Positions 1 to 13,559 of a stretch of DNA of 64,000 nucleotides are shown here, one piece after another. The DNA lies in assembly GCF_006345805.1 (NCBI RefSeq), contig NC_043017.1, positions 32,302,001 to 32,366,000 of the forward strand, read 5' to 3'. The notes under the pieces are model-generated. The model was given only the letters and a program-made list of their open reading frames with translations, had not been told where the DNA came from and ran no database searches. Positions within the stretch are counted from its first letter, which is position 1. Every line of letters starts with the position of its first letter. This DNA is from Octopus sinensis. Its lineage: Eukaryota. Both the position numbers and the translations under genes were made by a program.

Positions 1-93
1 ATAGATTACATTTATACTGCAGATTTCTCCTAGTTTTTCTCTAAGAGTGATATCGGTTATATGTATGAGGGTATAAATATTCCTGTAATTACC

Positions 94-504
94 TATTTCA
101 TTACTACCCACAAGGGGCTAAACAAAGAGGGGACAAACAAGGACAGACAAACGGATTAAGTCGATTATATCGACCCCAGTGCATAACTGGTACTTTATTT
201 ATCGACCCCGAAAGGATGAAAGGCAAAGTCGACCTCAGCGGAATTTGAACTCAGAACGTAGCGGCAGACAAAATACCTATTTCTTTATTACCCTCAAGGG
301 GCTAAACATAGAAGGAACAAACAAGGACAGACATAGGTATTAAGTCGATTATAACGACCCCAGTGTGTAACTAGTACTTAATTTATCAACCCCTAAAGGA
401 TGAAAGTTGACCTCGGTGGAATTTGATCTCACAATGTAACGACAGACGAATTACCACTAAGCATTTTGCCCAGTGTGCTAACGATTCTGCCAGCTCACTG
501 CCTC
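94..504 (-). mobile_element. tRNA-derived SINE family B (Meta-domain-like core), body tandemly duplicated
   Basis: Minus strand reads head gagctggcagaatcgttagc..., box B-like gagttcaaattcc, then gaggtcgactttgcctttcatcctttcggggtcgataaataaagtaccag. Body present twice. 15-bp TSD attcctgtaattacc at 79-93 and 505-519. Same family at 28433, 31188, 59561 and 63903. Confidence 0.8.
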
Positions 505-915
505 ATTCCTGTAATTACCATCACATGACACAATTCCATGTGTTCTCCAGGAACATTGTCAATATCTTTCAACATTAGAGCAGTTGGATTTTTCCATAAT
601 CTTTTTAAGAATGGCCTATATCTCAATGATAGCTTCAAGAAAGTAGAAAAATTTCCAACAAACTGTGGTTTCATTTCAGGAAGTTTCTAATTTGCATACA
701 TTCCACAATCGTCTCTGTTGACTCAGCTACATTTGGAGATACACAAGGACTTCGTGGTGGTCGCCGTGGTTGGTTTGTGTTATTTTTAATCTCTTATCTG
801 GCAGATTTTGGCTAGTTCTCAGTCTTTTGATTAGATTGATTAGCATCACAAAAGTAAACCATTTTTATGAATGTATATAAGTATGTAAGCATGTGTGTTA
901 TGTATCTATGTAACT

Positions 916-1089
916 ATAGGCGCAGGAGTGGCTGTGTGGTAAGTAGCTTGTTTACCAACCACATGGTTCCGGGTTCAGTACCCCTGTGTGGCACCTTGGG
1001 CAAGTGTTTTCTACTATAGCCTCGGGCCGACCAAAGCCTTGTGAGTGGATTTGGTAGACGGAAACTGAAAGAAGCCTGTCGTATATATG

Positions 1090-1173
<84 letters not shown>

Positions 1174-1212
1174 TGTGCGTGTGTGTGTGTGTTTGTGTGT
1201 CTGTGTTTGTCC
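916..1212 (+). mobile_element. tRNA-derived SINE family A (CORE-like), 5' part; 3' half replaced by the 835-bp repeat
   Basis: ataggcgcaggagtggctgtgtggtaag (box A-like), ggttccgggttcagt (box B-like), ggcaccttgggcaagtg (CORE-like), internal (TA)n(TG)n. About 20 homologous copies or fragments in the window. Confidence 0.85.
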
Positions 1213-3078
1213 TTGTGTAGCTCGTCCTGTATTTGTTTTTCGTTTTCCGTTTTCTTGTTTTTTGTTTTTTGGCTTTTTCCGTTTCTACGTCTTATTGTGA
1301 TGTCCTGTACTCCCGTATAATTATTTATATATGCATGTATATATACATGTAGATGTAGGTACGTACATATATGTTTGTATGTATGCATATATTTTTATTT
1401 ATCTCCTTATTGTCTGACAGCGTCCCGCATCAGGTTCGTTCCGATTCGTCGTTTCGATCCACTTCTTGGTCCCCTTTTTTTATATTTATATTATTATATT
1501 GAAGATGCGGTACTCTCTCCCTTTGCTTTAACCTCTTCAATCTTTCTCCCTCCCCCTCCTCCTCTCTCTTCGCCGTGTGTCCCCCTCCTCCTTCCCTCTT
1601 CCTTGCCTATAAAACAAAATTCCTTTACACGTGTTCCCACTATTGAAAAGACTGCCTCCACGCGCTGCCACTACACTTTCGTCCTTGCCAGCAAAAGGCT
1701 TCTTCGTTCGTCCCTTGTGTGGTTGATTTCCTGTATAGTATTCTTGTTATTTTCTCGTTTTGTAACTAATTGTACTTTTTGTACATGTATTTTTATTTTT
1801 GCAGTTTTATTGTTTGTCTATGCCAGAAAAAAGGCTTTTCGTTCGTCCTCTTGTGTTTGTTTTTGTACATGTATTTTAATTTTGCAGTCTTATTGTTACG
1901 TCTTGTTTGTGTTCGTACTCATTGTGCCCCGCTGCTTGAAATTTTATTTTAATTCTCTCGCAGGAAGGCCTATTGGATTAGTGTTCTGTTATGCCTTCGA
2001 AACATGCCTGACTCCTCTAGCGACAGCTGATGACGGGGGTTTTGTCCTTGTGTAGCTCGTCCTGTATTTGTTTTTCGTTTTCCGTTTTCTTGTTTTTTGT
2101 TTTTTGGCTTTTCCATTTCTACGTCTTATTGTGATGTCCTGTACTCCCGTATAATTATTTATATATGCATGTATATATACATGTAGATGTAGGTACGTAC
2201 ATATATGTTTGTATGTATGCATATATTTTTATTTATCTCCTTATTGTCTGACATCGCCCCGCATCAGGTTCGTTCCGATTCGTCGTTTCGATCCACTTCT
2301 TGGTCCCCTTTTTTTATATTTATATTATTATATTGAAGATGCGGTACTCTCTCCCTTTGCTTTAACCTCTTCAATCTTTCTCCCTCCCCCTCCTCCTCTC
2401 TCTTTGCCGCGTGTCCCCCTCCTCCTTCCCTCTTCCTTGCCTATAAAACAAAATTCCTTTACACGTGGTTCCCACTATTGAAAAGACTGCCTCCACGCGC
2501 TGCCACTACACTTTCGTCCTTGCCAGCAAAAGGCTTCTTCGTTCGTCCCCTTGTGTGGTTGATTTCCTGTATAGTATTCTTGTTATTTTCTCGTTTTGTA
2601 ACTAATTGTACTTTTTGTACATGTATTTTTATTTTTGCAGTTTTATTGTTTGTCTATGCCAGAAAAAGGCTTTTTCGTTCGTCCTCTTGTGTTTGTTTTT
2701 GTACATGTATTTTAATTTTGCAGTCTTATTGTTACGTCTTGTTTGTGTTCGTACTCATTGTGCCCCGCTGCTTGAAATTTTATTTTAATTCTCTCGCAGG
2801 AAGGCCTATTGGATTAGTGTTCTGTTATGCCTTCGAAACATGCCTGACTCCTCTAGCGACAGCTGATGACGGGGGTTTTGTCCTTGTGTAGCTCGTCCTG
2901 TATTTGTTTTTTGTTTTCCGTTTTCTTGTTTTTTGTTTTTTGGCTTTTTCCGTTTCTACGTCTTATTGTGATGTCCTGTACTCCCGTATAATTATTTATA
3001 TATGCATGTATATATACATGTAGATGTAGGTACGTACATATATGTTTGTATGTATGCATATATTTTTATTTATCTCCT
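1206..3078. repeat. Tandem repeat, unit ~835 bp, 2 full units plus ~200 bp
   Basis: tttgtccttgtgtagctcgtcc recurs at 1206, 2041 and 2877. Units are nearly identical, pyrimidine-rich on +, with TATAAAA and an internal ~100-bp duplication. Confidence 0.95.
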
Positions 3079-3119
3079 ATATATAAATATATATATATAT
3101 ACATATATGTATGTATGCA

Positions 3120-3157
<38 letters not shown>

Positions 3158-3185
3158 GTGTGTATATATATATATATTATATATA

Positions 3186-3227
<42 letters not shown>

Positions 3228-3272
3228 TATATATATATATGCATATATATATATATGTATATATCTGCATAC

Positions 3273-3312
<40 letters not shown>
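3079..3312. repeat. (TA)n/(TG)n microsatellite
   Basis: Direct inspection. Confidence 0.9.
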
Positions 3313-3414
3313 ATATTCAAATCAAATAAACAATCAATTCATATAAATGAATAATATAATCAAGATAAGAGGACATGCACAAAGAATGATTTAGTTTGAT
3401 GCTCAGTACAAAGA

Positions 3415-3456
3415 GAGAACTTTTGACATTTTGAGCATGGCTCTTCATCAGAAAGG
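3415..3456 (-). ncRNA. Degenerate minimal type I hammerhead motif (PLE-type), G12 replaced by A
   Basis: Minus strand: cttt-CUGAUGA-a-gagc-cau-gcuc-AAAA-u-GUC-aaa. Stems I and II present, but GAAA core is mutated. Confidence 0.4.
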
Positions 3457-3526
3457 GGAGAGTGGAAAGTCCAAAGAAAGAAAGGAAATTGCTCATAGCA
3501 CGTGTGCAGTTGCATTTCTGAAGTGC

Positions 3527-3569
<43 letters not shown>

Positions 3570-3574
<5 letters not shown>

Positions 3575-3780
3575 GGAAAGGTTACAAAAATAAACAAAAG
3601 ACGAAGGCAGGTGAAGTACAAACAAACAAATGTATTAGTATAGCGCTGAGGAATACAAAAAGTATTTTACCTTTCGAGCCTATGCTCTTTGACACGAAGA
3701 TACACAGAAAAAAACAAGGAGAGAAACAAGGAGAGAAAAAAAATGCGCGTAGGAGCTAACGATCTATCATGGCATCCGAC
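3570..3780 (-). mobile_element. Penelope-like pseudo-LTR relic
   Basis: Reverse complement aligns with 50865-51070 (ctagctcctacgcgcatttt...gagc-x4-gctcgaaa...tttgtttgtttgtac...cctgccttcgtcttttgttt) and carries a decayed hammerhead scaffold. Confidence 0.5.
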
Positions 3781-3797
3781 TATATATATATATATAT

Positions 3798-3835
<38 letters not shown>

Positions 3836-6800
3836 AAAGCTTGCCCCTAATTTTATTTTATTATCGATCAGTCTCACGCCTCGTAGATATAGAATAAATG
3901 TATTTATAATTTATAGCTCCTTATCGTCCACGCTTCTCCCATAGATTAGGCAAAATTTAGGTATTTATGTATAGCTACTAATAACTATTTCTCTCCTAAG
4001 AAAGGAATGGCTGCCGGCCGATTCTTGGTGGGCCACGACCCCCCCCCCGTTCCTCTTCAATTGTCTTATCTCTTTCGATCGCCATTCGGCCCCTCTCTCC
4101 GCCACCCTATATGCATATAAACCAGCGACTGATTTCAACGTCCTCACTTGAATTCAGACTGGTATCCGACTCCCTACGAAAAATACGAAATACGAAATAT
4201 GAATCCAAGCTAAGCAATCTATATTTAATTTCAACCCGTGTACCTACTTAACTATCTGCAACTGATCTGATCTTTTAGTTAGCCCTGTTTTATCTCTATT
4301 AGTATTATTGTTATGACTTGTGAAATTTAGCCTCACGCCTTGTCTTTTTTATATGTACATATAATTCTATAGTTCATCTTAATTATATATCGTTGTCTCA
4401 TGTCTTGTGTTAAATATATATTTAATCTTAAAGCTTGCCCCTAATTTTATTTTATTTTATCGATCAGTCTCACGCCTCGTAGATATAGAATAAATGTATT
4501 TATAATTTATAGCTCCTTATCGTCCACGCTTCTCCCATAGATTAGGCAAAATTTAGGTATTTATGTATAGCTACTAATAACTATTTCTCTCCTAAGAAAG
4601 GAATGGCTGCCGGCCGATTCTTGGTGGGCCACGACCCCCCCCCCGTTCCTCTTCAATTGTCTTATCTCTTTCGATCGCCATTCGGCCCCTCTCTCCGCCA
4701 CCCTATATGCATATAAACCAGCGACTGATTTCAACGGCCTCACTTGAATTCAGACTGGTATCCGACTCCCTACGAAAATACGAAATACGAAATATGAATC
4801 CAAGCTAAGCAATCTATATTTAATTTCAACCCGTGTACCTACTTAACTATCTGCAACTGATCTGATCTTTTAGTTAGCCCTGTTTTATCTCTATTAGTAT
4901 TATTGTTATGACTTGTGAAATTTAGCCTCACGCCTTGTGTCTTTTTTATATGTACATATAATTCTATAGTTCATCTTAATTATATATCGTTGTCTCATGT
5001 CTTGTGTTAAATATATATTTAATCTTAAAGCTTGCCCCTAATTTTATTTTATTTTATCGATCAGTCTCACGCCTCGTAGATATAGAATAAATGTATTTAT
5101 AATTTATAGCTCCTTATCGTCCACGCTTCTCCCATAGATTAGGCAAAATTTAGGTATTTATTTATAGCTACTAATAAATATTCTCTCCTAAGAAAGGAAT
5201 GGCTGCCGGCCGATTCTGGTGGGCCACGACCCCCCCCCCCGTTCCTCTTCAATTGTCTTATCTCTTTCGATCGCCATTCGGCCCCTCTCTCCGCCACCCT
5301 ATATGCATAAACCAGCGACTGATTTCAACGTCCTCACTTGAATTCAGACTGGTATCCGACTCCCTACGAAAATACGAAATACGAAATATGAATCCAAGCT
5401 AAGCAATCTATATTTAATTCAACCCGTGTACCTACTTAACTATCTGCAACTGATCTGATCTTTTAGTTAGCCCTGTTTTATCTCTATTAGTATTATTGTT
5501 ATGACTTGTGAAATTTAGCCTCACGCCTTGTGTCTTTTTTATATGTACATATAATTCTATAGTTCATCTTAATTATATATCGTTGTCTCATGTCTTGTGT
5601 TAAATATATATTTAATCTTAAAGCTTGCCCCTAATTTTATTTTATTTTATCGATCAGTCTCACGCCTCGTAGATATAGAATAAATGTATTTATAATTTAT
5701 AGCTCCTTATCGTCCACGCTTCTCCCATAGATTAGGCAAAATTTAGGTATTTATTTATAGCTACTAATAACTATTTCTCTCCTAAGAAAGGGATGGCTGC
5801 CGGCCGATTCTTGGTGGGCCACGACCCCCCCCCCCCGTTCCTCTTCAATTGTCTTATCTCTTTCGATCGCCATTCGGCCCCTCTCTCCGCCACCCTATAT
5901 GCATATAAACCAGCGACTGATTTCAACGGCCTCACTTGAATTCAGACTGGTATCCGACTCCCTACGAAAAATACGAAATACGAAATATGAATCCAAGCTA
6001 AGCAATCTATATTTAATTTCAACCCGTGTACCTACTTAACTATCTGCAACTGATCTGATCTTTTAGTTAGCCCTGTTTTATCTCTATTAGTATTATTGTT
6101 ATGACTTGTGAAATTTAGCCTCACGCCTTGTGTCTTTTTTATATGTACATATAATTCTATAGTTCATCTTAATTATATATCGTTGTCTCATGTCTTGTGT
6201 TAAATATATATTTAATCTTAAAGCTTGCCCCTAATTTTATTTTATTTTATCGATCAGTCTCACGCCTCGTAGATATAGAATAAATGTATTTATAATTTAT
6301 AGCTCCTTATCGTCCACGCTTCTCCCATAGATTAGGCAAAATTTAGGTATTTATTTATAGCTACTAATAACTATTTCTCTCCTAAGAAAGGAAGGAATGG
6401 CTGCCGGCCGATTCTTGGTGGGCCACACCGACCCCCCCCCGTTCCTCTTCAATTGTCTTATCTCTTTGATCGCCATTCGGCCCCTCTCTCCGCCACCCTA
6501 TATGCATATAAACCAGCGACTGATTTCAACGGCCTCACTTGAATTCAGACTGGTATCCGACTCCCTACGAAAAATACGAAATACGAAATATGAATCCAAG
6601 CTAAGCAATCTATATTTAATTTCAACGTGTACCTACTTAACTATCTGCAACTGATCTGATCTTTTAGTTAGCCCTGTTTTATCTCTATTAGTATTATTGT
6701 TATGACTTGTGAAATTTAGCCTCACGCCTTGTGTCTTTTTTATATGTACATATAATTCTATAGTTCATCTTAATTATATATCGTTGTCTCATGTCTTGTG

Positions 6801-9800
6801 TTAAATATATATTTAATCTTAAAGCTTGCCCCTAATTTTATTTTATTTTATCGATCAGTCTCACGCCTCGTAGATATAGAATAAATGTATTTATAATTTA
6901 TAGCTCCTTATCGTCCACGCTTCTCCCATAGATTAGGCAAAATTTAGGTATTTATGTATAGCTACTAATAACTATTTCTCTCCTAAGAAAGGAATGGCTG
7001 CCGGCCGATTCTTGGTGGGCCACGACCCCCCCCCCCCGTTCCTCTTCAATTGTCTTATCTCTTTCGATCGCCATTCGGCCCCTCTCTCCGCCACCCTATA
7101 TGCATATAAACCAGCGACTGATTTCAACGGCCTCACTTGAATTCAGACTGGTATCCGACTCCCTACGAAAAATACGAAATACGAAATATGAATCCAAGCT
7201 AAGCAATCTATATTTAATTTCAACCGTGTACCTACTTAACTATCTGCAACTGATCTGATCTTTTAGTTAGCCCTGTTTTATCTCTATTAGTATTATTGTT
7301 ATGACTTGTGAAATTTAGCCTCACGCCTTGTGTCTTTTTATATGTACATATAATTCTATAGTTCATCTTAATTATATATCGTTGTCTCATGTCTTGTGTT
7401 AAATATATATTTAATCTTAAAGCTTGCCCCTAATTTTATTTTATTTATCGATCAGTCTCACGCCTCGTAGATATAGAATAAATGTATTTATAATTTATAG
7501 CTCCTTATCGTCCACGCTTCTCCCATAGATTAGGCAAAATTTAGGTATTTATTTATAGCTACTAATAACTATTTCTCTCCTAAGAAGGAATGGCTGCCGG
7601 CCGATTCTTGGTGGGCCACGACCCCCCCCCCCCGTTCCTCTTCAATTGTCTTATCTCTTTCGATCGCCATTCGGCCCTCTCTCCGCCACCCTATATGCAT
7701 ATAACCAGCGACTGATTTCAACGGCCTCACTTGAATTCAGACTGGTATCCGACTCCCTACGAAAATACGAAATACGAAATATGAATCCAAGCTAAGCAAT
7801 CTATATTTAATTTCAACCCGTGTACCTACTTAACTATCTGCACTGATCTGATCTTTTAGTTAGCCCTGTTTTATCTCTATTAGTATTATTGTTATGACTT
7901 GTGAAATTTAGCCTCACGCCTTGTGTCTTTTTTATATGTACATATAATTCTATAGTTCATCTTAATTATATATCGTTGTCTCATGTCTTGTGTTAAATAT
8001 ATATTAATCTTAAAGCTTGCCCCTAATTTTATTTTATTTTATCGATCAGTCTCACGCCTCGTAGATATAGAATAAATGTATTTATAATTTATAGCTCCTT
8101 ATCGTCCACGCTTCTCCCATAGATTAGGCAAAATTTAGGTATTTATTTATAGCTACTAATAACTATTTCTCTCCTAAGAAAGGAATGGCTGCCGGCCGAT
8201 TCTTGGTGGGCCACGACCCCCCCCCCGTTCCTCTTCAATTGTCTTATATCTCTTTCGATCGCCATTCGGCCCCTCTCTCCGCCACCCTATATGCATATAA
8301 ACCAGCGACTGATTTCAACGGCCTCACTTGAATTCAGACTGGTATCCGACTCCCTACGAAATTATATGAATCCAAGCTAAGCAATCTATATTTAATTTCA
8401 ACCCGTGTACCTACTTAACTATCTGCAACTGATCTGATCTTTTAGTTAGCCCTGTTTTATCTCTATTAGTATTATTGTTATGACTTGTGAAATTTAGCCT
8501 CACGCTTGTGTCTTTTTTATATGTACATATAATTCTATAGTTCATCTTAATTATATATCGTTGTCTCATGTCTTGTGTTAAATATATATTTAATCTTAAA
8601 GCTTGCCCCTAATTTTATTTTATTTTATCGATCAGTCTCACGCCTCGTAGATATAGAATAAATGTATTTATAATTTATAGCTCCTTATCGTCCACGCTTC
8701 TCCCATAGATTAGGCAAAATTTAGGTATTTATTTATAGCTACTAATAACTATTTCTCTCCTAAGAAAGGGATGGCTGCCGGCCGATTCTTGGTGGGCCAC
8801 GACCCCCCCCCCGTTCCTCTTCAATTGTCTTATCTCTTTCGATCGCCATTCGGCCCCTCTCTCCGCCACCCTATATGCATATAAACCAGCGACTGATTTC
8901 AACGGCCTCACTTGAATTCAGACTGGTATCCGACTCCCTACGAAAAATACGAAATACGAAATATGAATCCAAGCTAAGCAATCTATATTTAATTTCAACC
9001 CGTGTACCTACTTAACTATCTGCAACTGATCTGATCTTTTAGTTAGCCCTGTTTTATCTCTATTAGTATTATTGTTATGACTTGTGAAATTTAGCCTCAC
9101 GCCTTGTGTCTATTTATATGTACATATAATTCTATAGTTCATCTTAATTATATATCGTTGTCTCATGTCTTGTGTTAAATATATATTTAATCTTAAAGCT
9201 TGCCCCTAATTTTATTTTATTTTATCGATCAGTCTCACGCCTCGTAGATATAGAATAAATGTATTTATAATTTATAGCTCCTTATCGTCCACGCTTCTCC
9301 CATAGATTAGGCAAAATTTAGGTATTTATGTATAGCTACTAATAACTATTTCTCTCCTAAGAAAGGAATGGCTGCCGGCCGATTCTTGGTGGGCCCACCC
9401 CCCCCCCCCCCCCGTTCCTCTTCAATTGTCTTATCTCTTTCGATCGCCATTCGGCCCCTCTCTCCGCCACCCTATATGCATATAAACCAGCGACTGATTT
9501 CAACGGCCTCACTTGAATTCAGACTGGTATCCGACTCCCTACGAAAATACGAAATACGAAATATGAATCCAAGCTAAGCAATCTATATTTAATTTCAACC
9601 CGTGTACCTACTTAACTATCTGCAACTGATCTGATCTTTTAGTTAGCCCTGTTTTATCTCTATTAGTATTATTGTTATGACTTGTGAAATTTAGCCTCAC
9701 GCCTTGTGTCTTTTTATATGTACATATAATTCTATAGTTCATCTTAATTATATATCGTTGTCTCATGTCTTGTGTTAAATATATATTTAATCTTAAAGCT

Positions 9801-12800
9801 TGCCCCTAATTTTATTTTATTTTATCGATCAGTCTCACGCCTCGTAGATATAGAATAAATGTATTTATAATTTATAGCTCCTTATCGTCCACGCTTCTCC
9901 CATAGATTAGGCAAAATTTAGGTATTTATTTATAGCTACTAATAACTATTTCTCTCCTAAGAAAGGAATGGCTGCCGGCCGATTCTTGGTGGGCCACGAC
10001 CCCCCCCCCGTTCCTCTTCAATTGTCTATCTCTTTCGATCGCCATTCGGCCCCCTCTCCCGCCACCCTATATGCATATAAACCAGCGACTGATTTCAACG
10101 GCCTCACTTGAATTCAGACTGGTATCCGACTCCCTACGAAAATACGAAATACGAAATATGAATCCAAGCTAAGCAATCTATATTTAATTTCAACCCGTGT
10201 ACCTACTTAACTATCTGCAACTGATCTGATCTTTTAGTTAGCCCTGTTTTATCTCTATTAGTATTATTGTTATGACTTGTGAAATTTAGCCTCACGCCTT
10301 GTGTCTTTTTATATGTACATATAATTCTATAGTTCATCTTAATTATATATCGTTGTCTCATGTCTTGTGTTAAATATATATTTAATCTTAAAGCTTGCCC
10401 CTAATTTTATTTTATTTTATCGATCAGTCTCACGCCTCGTAGAATATAGAATAAATGTATTTATAATTTATAGCTCCTTATCGTCCACGCTTCTCCCATA
10501 GATTAGGCAAAATTTAGGTATTTATTTATAGCTACTAATAACTATTTCTCTCCCAAGAAAAGGAATGGCTGCCGGCCGATTCTTGGTGGGCCACGACCCC
10601 CCCCCCGTTCCTCTTCAATTGTCTTATCTCTTTCGATCGCCATTCGGCCCTCTCCGCCACCCTATATGCATATAAACCAGCGACTGATTTCAACGGCCTC
10701 ACTTGAATTCAGACTGGTATCCGACTCCCTACGAAAATACGAAATACGAAATATGAATCCAAGCTAAGCAATCTATATTTAATTTCAACCCGTGTACCTA
10801 CTTAACTATCTGCAACTGATCTGATCTTTTAGTTAGCCCTGTTTTATCTCTATTAGTATTATTGTTATGACTTGTGAAATTTAGCCTCACGCCTTGTGTC
10901 TTTTTTATATGTACATATAATTCTATAGTTCATCTTAATTATATATCGTTGTCTCATGTCTTGTGTTAAATATATATTTAATCTTAAAGCTTGCCCCTAA
11001 TTTTATTTTATTTTATCGATCAGTCTCACGCCTCGTAGATATAGAATAAATGTATTTATAATTTATAGCTCCTTATCGTCCACGCTTCTCCCATAGATTA
11101 GGCAAAATTTAGGTATTTATTTATAGCTACTAATAACTATTTCTCTCCCAAGAAAAGGAATGGCTGCCGGCCGATTCTTGGTGGGCCACGACCCCCCCCC
11201 CGTTCCTCTTCAATTGTCTTATCTCTTTCGATCGCCATTCGGCCCCTCTCTCCGCCACCCTATATGCATATAAACCAGCGACTGATTTCAACGGCCTCAC
11301 TTGAATTCAGACTGGTATCCGACTCCCTACGAAAAATACGAAATACGAAATATGAATCCAAGCTAAGCAATCTATATTTAATTTCAACCCGTGTACCTAC
11401 TTAACTATCTGCAACTGATCTGATCTTTTAGTTAGCCCTGTTTTATCTCTATTAGTATTATTGTTATGACTTGTGAAATTTAGCCTCACGCCTTGTGTCT
11501 TTTTTATATGTACATATAATTCTATAGTTCATCTTAATTATATATCGTTGTCTCATGTCTTGTGTTAAATATATATTTAATCTTAAAGCTTGCCCCTAAT
11601 TTTATTTTATTTTATCGATCAGTCTCACGCCTCGTAGATATAGAATAAATGTATTTATAATTTATAGCTCCTTATCGTCCACGCTTCTCCCATAGATTAG
11701 GCAAAATTTAGGTATTTATTTATAGCTACTAATAACTATTTCTCTCCTAAGAAAGGGATGGCTGCCGGCCGATTCTTGGTGGGCCACGACCCCCCCCCCC
11801 GTTCCTCTTCAATTGTCTTATCTCTTTCGATCGCCATTCGGCCCCTCTCTCCGCCACCCTATATGCATATAAACCAGCGACTGATTTCAACGGCCTCACT
11901 TGAATTCAGACTGGTATCCGACTCCCTACGAAAAATACGAAATACGAAATATGAATCCAAGCTAAGCAATCTATATTTAATTTCAACCCGTGTACCTACT
12001 TAACTATCTGCAACTGATCTGATCTTTTAGTTAGCCCTGTTTTATCTCTATTAGTATTATTGTTATGACTTGTGAAATTTAGCCTCACGCCTTGTGTCTT
12101 TTTATATGTACATATAATTCTATAGTTCATCTTAATTATATATCGTTGTCTCATGTCTTGTGTTAAATATATATTTAATCTTAAAGCTTGCCCCTAATTT
12201 TATTTTATTTTATCGATCAGTCTCACGCCTCGTAGATATAGAATAAATGTATTTATAATTTATAGCTCCTTATCGTCCACGCTTCTCCCATAGATTAGGC
12301 AAAATTTAGGTATTTATTTATAGCTACTAATAACTATTTCTCTCCTAAGAAAGGAATGGCTGCTGCCGGCCGATTCTTGGTGGGGACCCCCCCCCCCCCC
12401 CGTTCCTCTTCAATTGTCTTATCTCTTCGATCGCCATTCGGCCCCCTCTCCGCCACCCTATATGCATATAAACCAGCGACTGATTTCAACGGCCTCACTT
12501 GAATTCAGACTGGTATCCGACTCCCTACGAAAATACGAAATACGAAATATGAATCCAAGCTAAGCAATCTATATTAATTTCAACCCGTGTACCTACTTAA
12601 CTATCTGCAACTGATCTGATCTTTTAGTTAGCCCTGTTTTATCTCTATTAGTATTATTGTTATGACTTGTGAAATTTAGCCTCACGCCTTGTGTCTTTTT
12701 TTTATGTACATATAATTCTATAGTTCATCTTAATTATATATCGTTGTCTCATGTCTTGTGTTAAATATATATTTAATCTTAAAGCTTGCCCCTAATTTTA

Positions 12801-13559
12801 TTTTATTTTATCGATCAGTCTCACGCCTCGTAGATATAGAATAAATGTATTTATAATTTATAGCTCCTTATCGTCCACGCTTCTCCCATAGGATTAGGCA
12901 AAATTTAGGTATTTATTTATAGCTACTAATAACTATTTCTCTCCTAAGAAAGGAAGGCTGCCGGCCGATTCTTGGTGGGCCACGACCCCCCCCCCGTTCC
13001 TCTTCAATTGTCTTATCTCTTTCGATCGCCATTCGCCCCTTCTCCGCCACCCTATATGCATATAAACCAGCGACTGATTTCAACGGCCTCACTTGAATTC
13101 AGACTGGTATCCGACTCCCTACGAAAAATACGAAATACGAAATATGAATCCAAGCTAAGCAATCTATATTTAATTTCAACCCGTGTACCTACTTAACTAT
13201 CTGCAACTGATCTGATCTTTTAGTTAGCCCTGTTTTATCTCTATTAGTATTATTGTTATGACTTGTGAAATTTAGCCTCACGCCTTGTGTCTTTTTTATA
13301 TGTACATATAATTCTATAGTTCATCTTAATTATATATCGTTGTCTCATGTCTTGTGTTAAATATATATTTAATCTTAAAGCTTGCCCCTAATTTTATTTT
13401 ATTTTATCGATCAGTCTCACGCCTCGTAGATATAGAATAAATGTATTTATAATTTATAGCTCCTTATCGTCCACGCTTCTCCCATAGATTAGGCAAAATT
13501 TAGGTATTTATTTATAGCTACTAATAACTATTTCTCTCCTAAGAAAGGAATGGCTGCCG
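3836..13559. repeat. Tandem array, unit ~596 bp, 16 full units plus 183-bp partial, abutting an RTE LINE
   Basis: aaagcttgcccctaatt starts at about 3836, 4430, 5027, 5620, 6220, 6821, 7419, 8012, 8598, 9195, 9795, 10390, 10986, 11585, 12183, 12781 and 13377. Differences are mostly homopolymer length plus a few SNPs. Confidence 0.97.
4116..4163 (+). promoter_or_regulatory. TATA-like box followed by a 43-nt imperfect hairpin, present in every full monomer
   Basis: tataaa at 4116-4121, then accag-cga-ctga-t-ttcaa [9-nt loop] ttgaa-t-tcag-a-ctggt. Promoter function is inferred only. Confidence 0.3.

Noticed and set aside
1955-2040. Hammerhead-like scaffold in the 835-bp unit (gaaggc/gccttc-GAAAC-atg; CUGAUGA 28 nt downstream)
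   Set aside because: No CUGANGA precedes the stem, there is no GUH/NUH in register, and the type II arrangement fails. Suggestive only.
1375-2891. ORFs of 226 and 137 aa in the 835-bp repeat
   Set aside because: T-rich compositional artefacts; the frame is not preserved between the near-identical units.
3002-3346. YIYI/HTHT/CVCV ORFs here and throughout the ORF track
   Set aside because: They are translations of dinucleotide microsatellites.
4004-4095. tRNA-like end, PBS (tggtgggcc) or HDV-like ribozyme in the monomer's GC-rich part (gaatggc/gccattc pairing)
   Set aside because: No cloverleaf, no match to a tRNA 3' end I can recall, and no P3/L3 pattern before the putative P1 3' strand.
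4207-4275. 5S rRNA-like words (aagctaagca, ctgatct) in the 596-bp monomer
   Set aside because: The words are in the wrong order for 5S and there is no surrounding similarity or box C.
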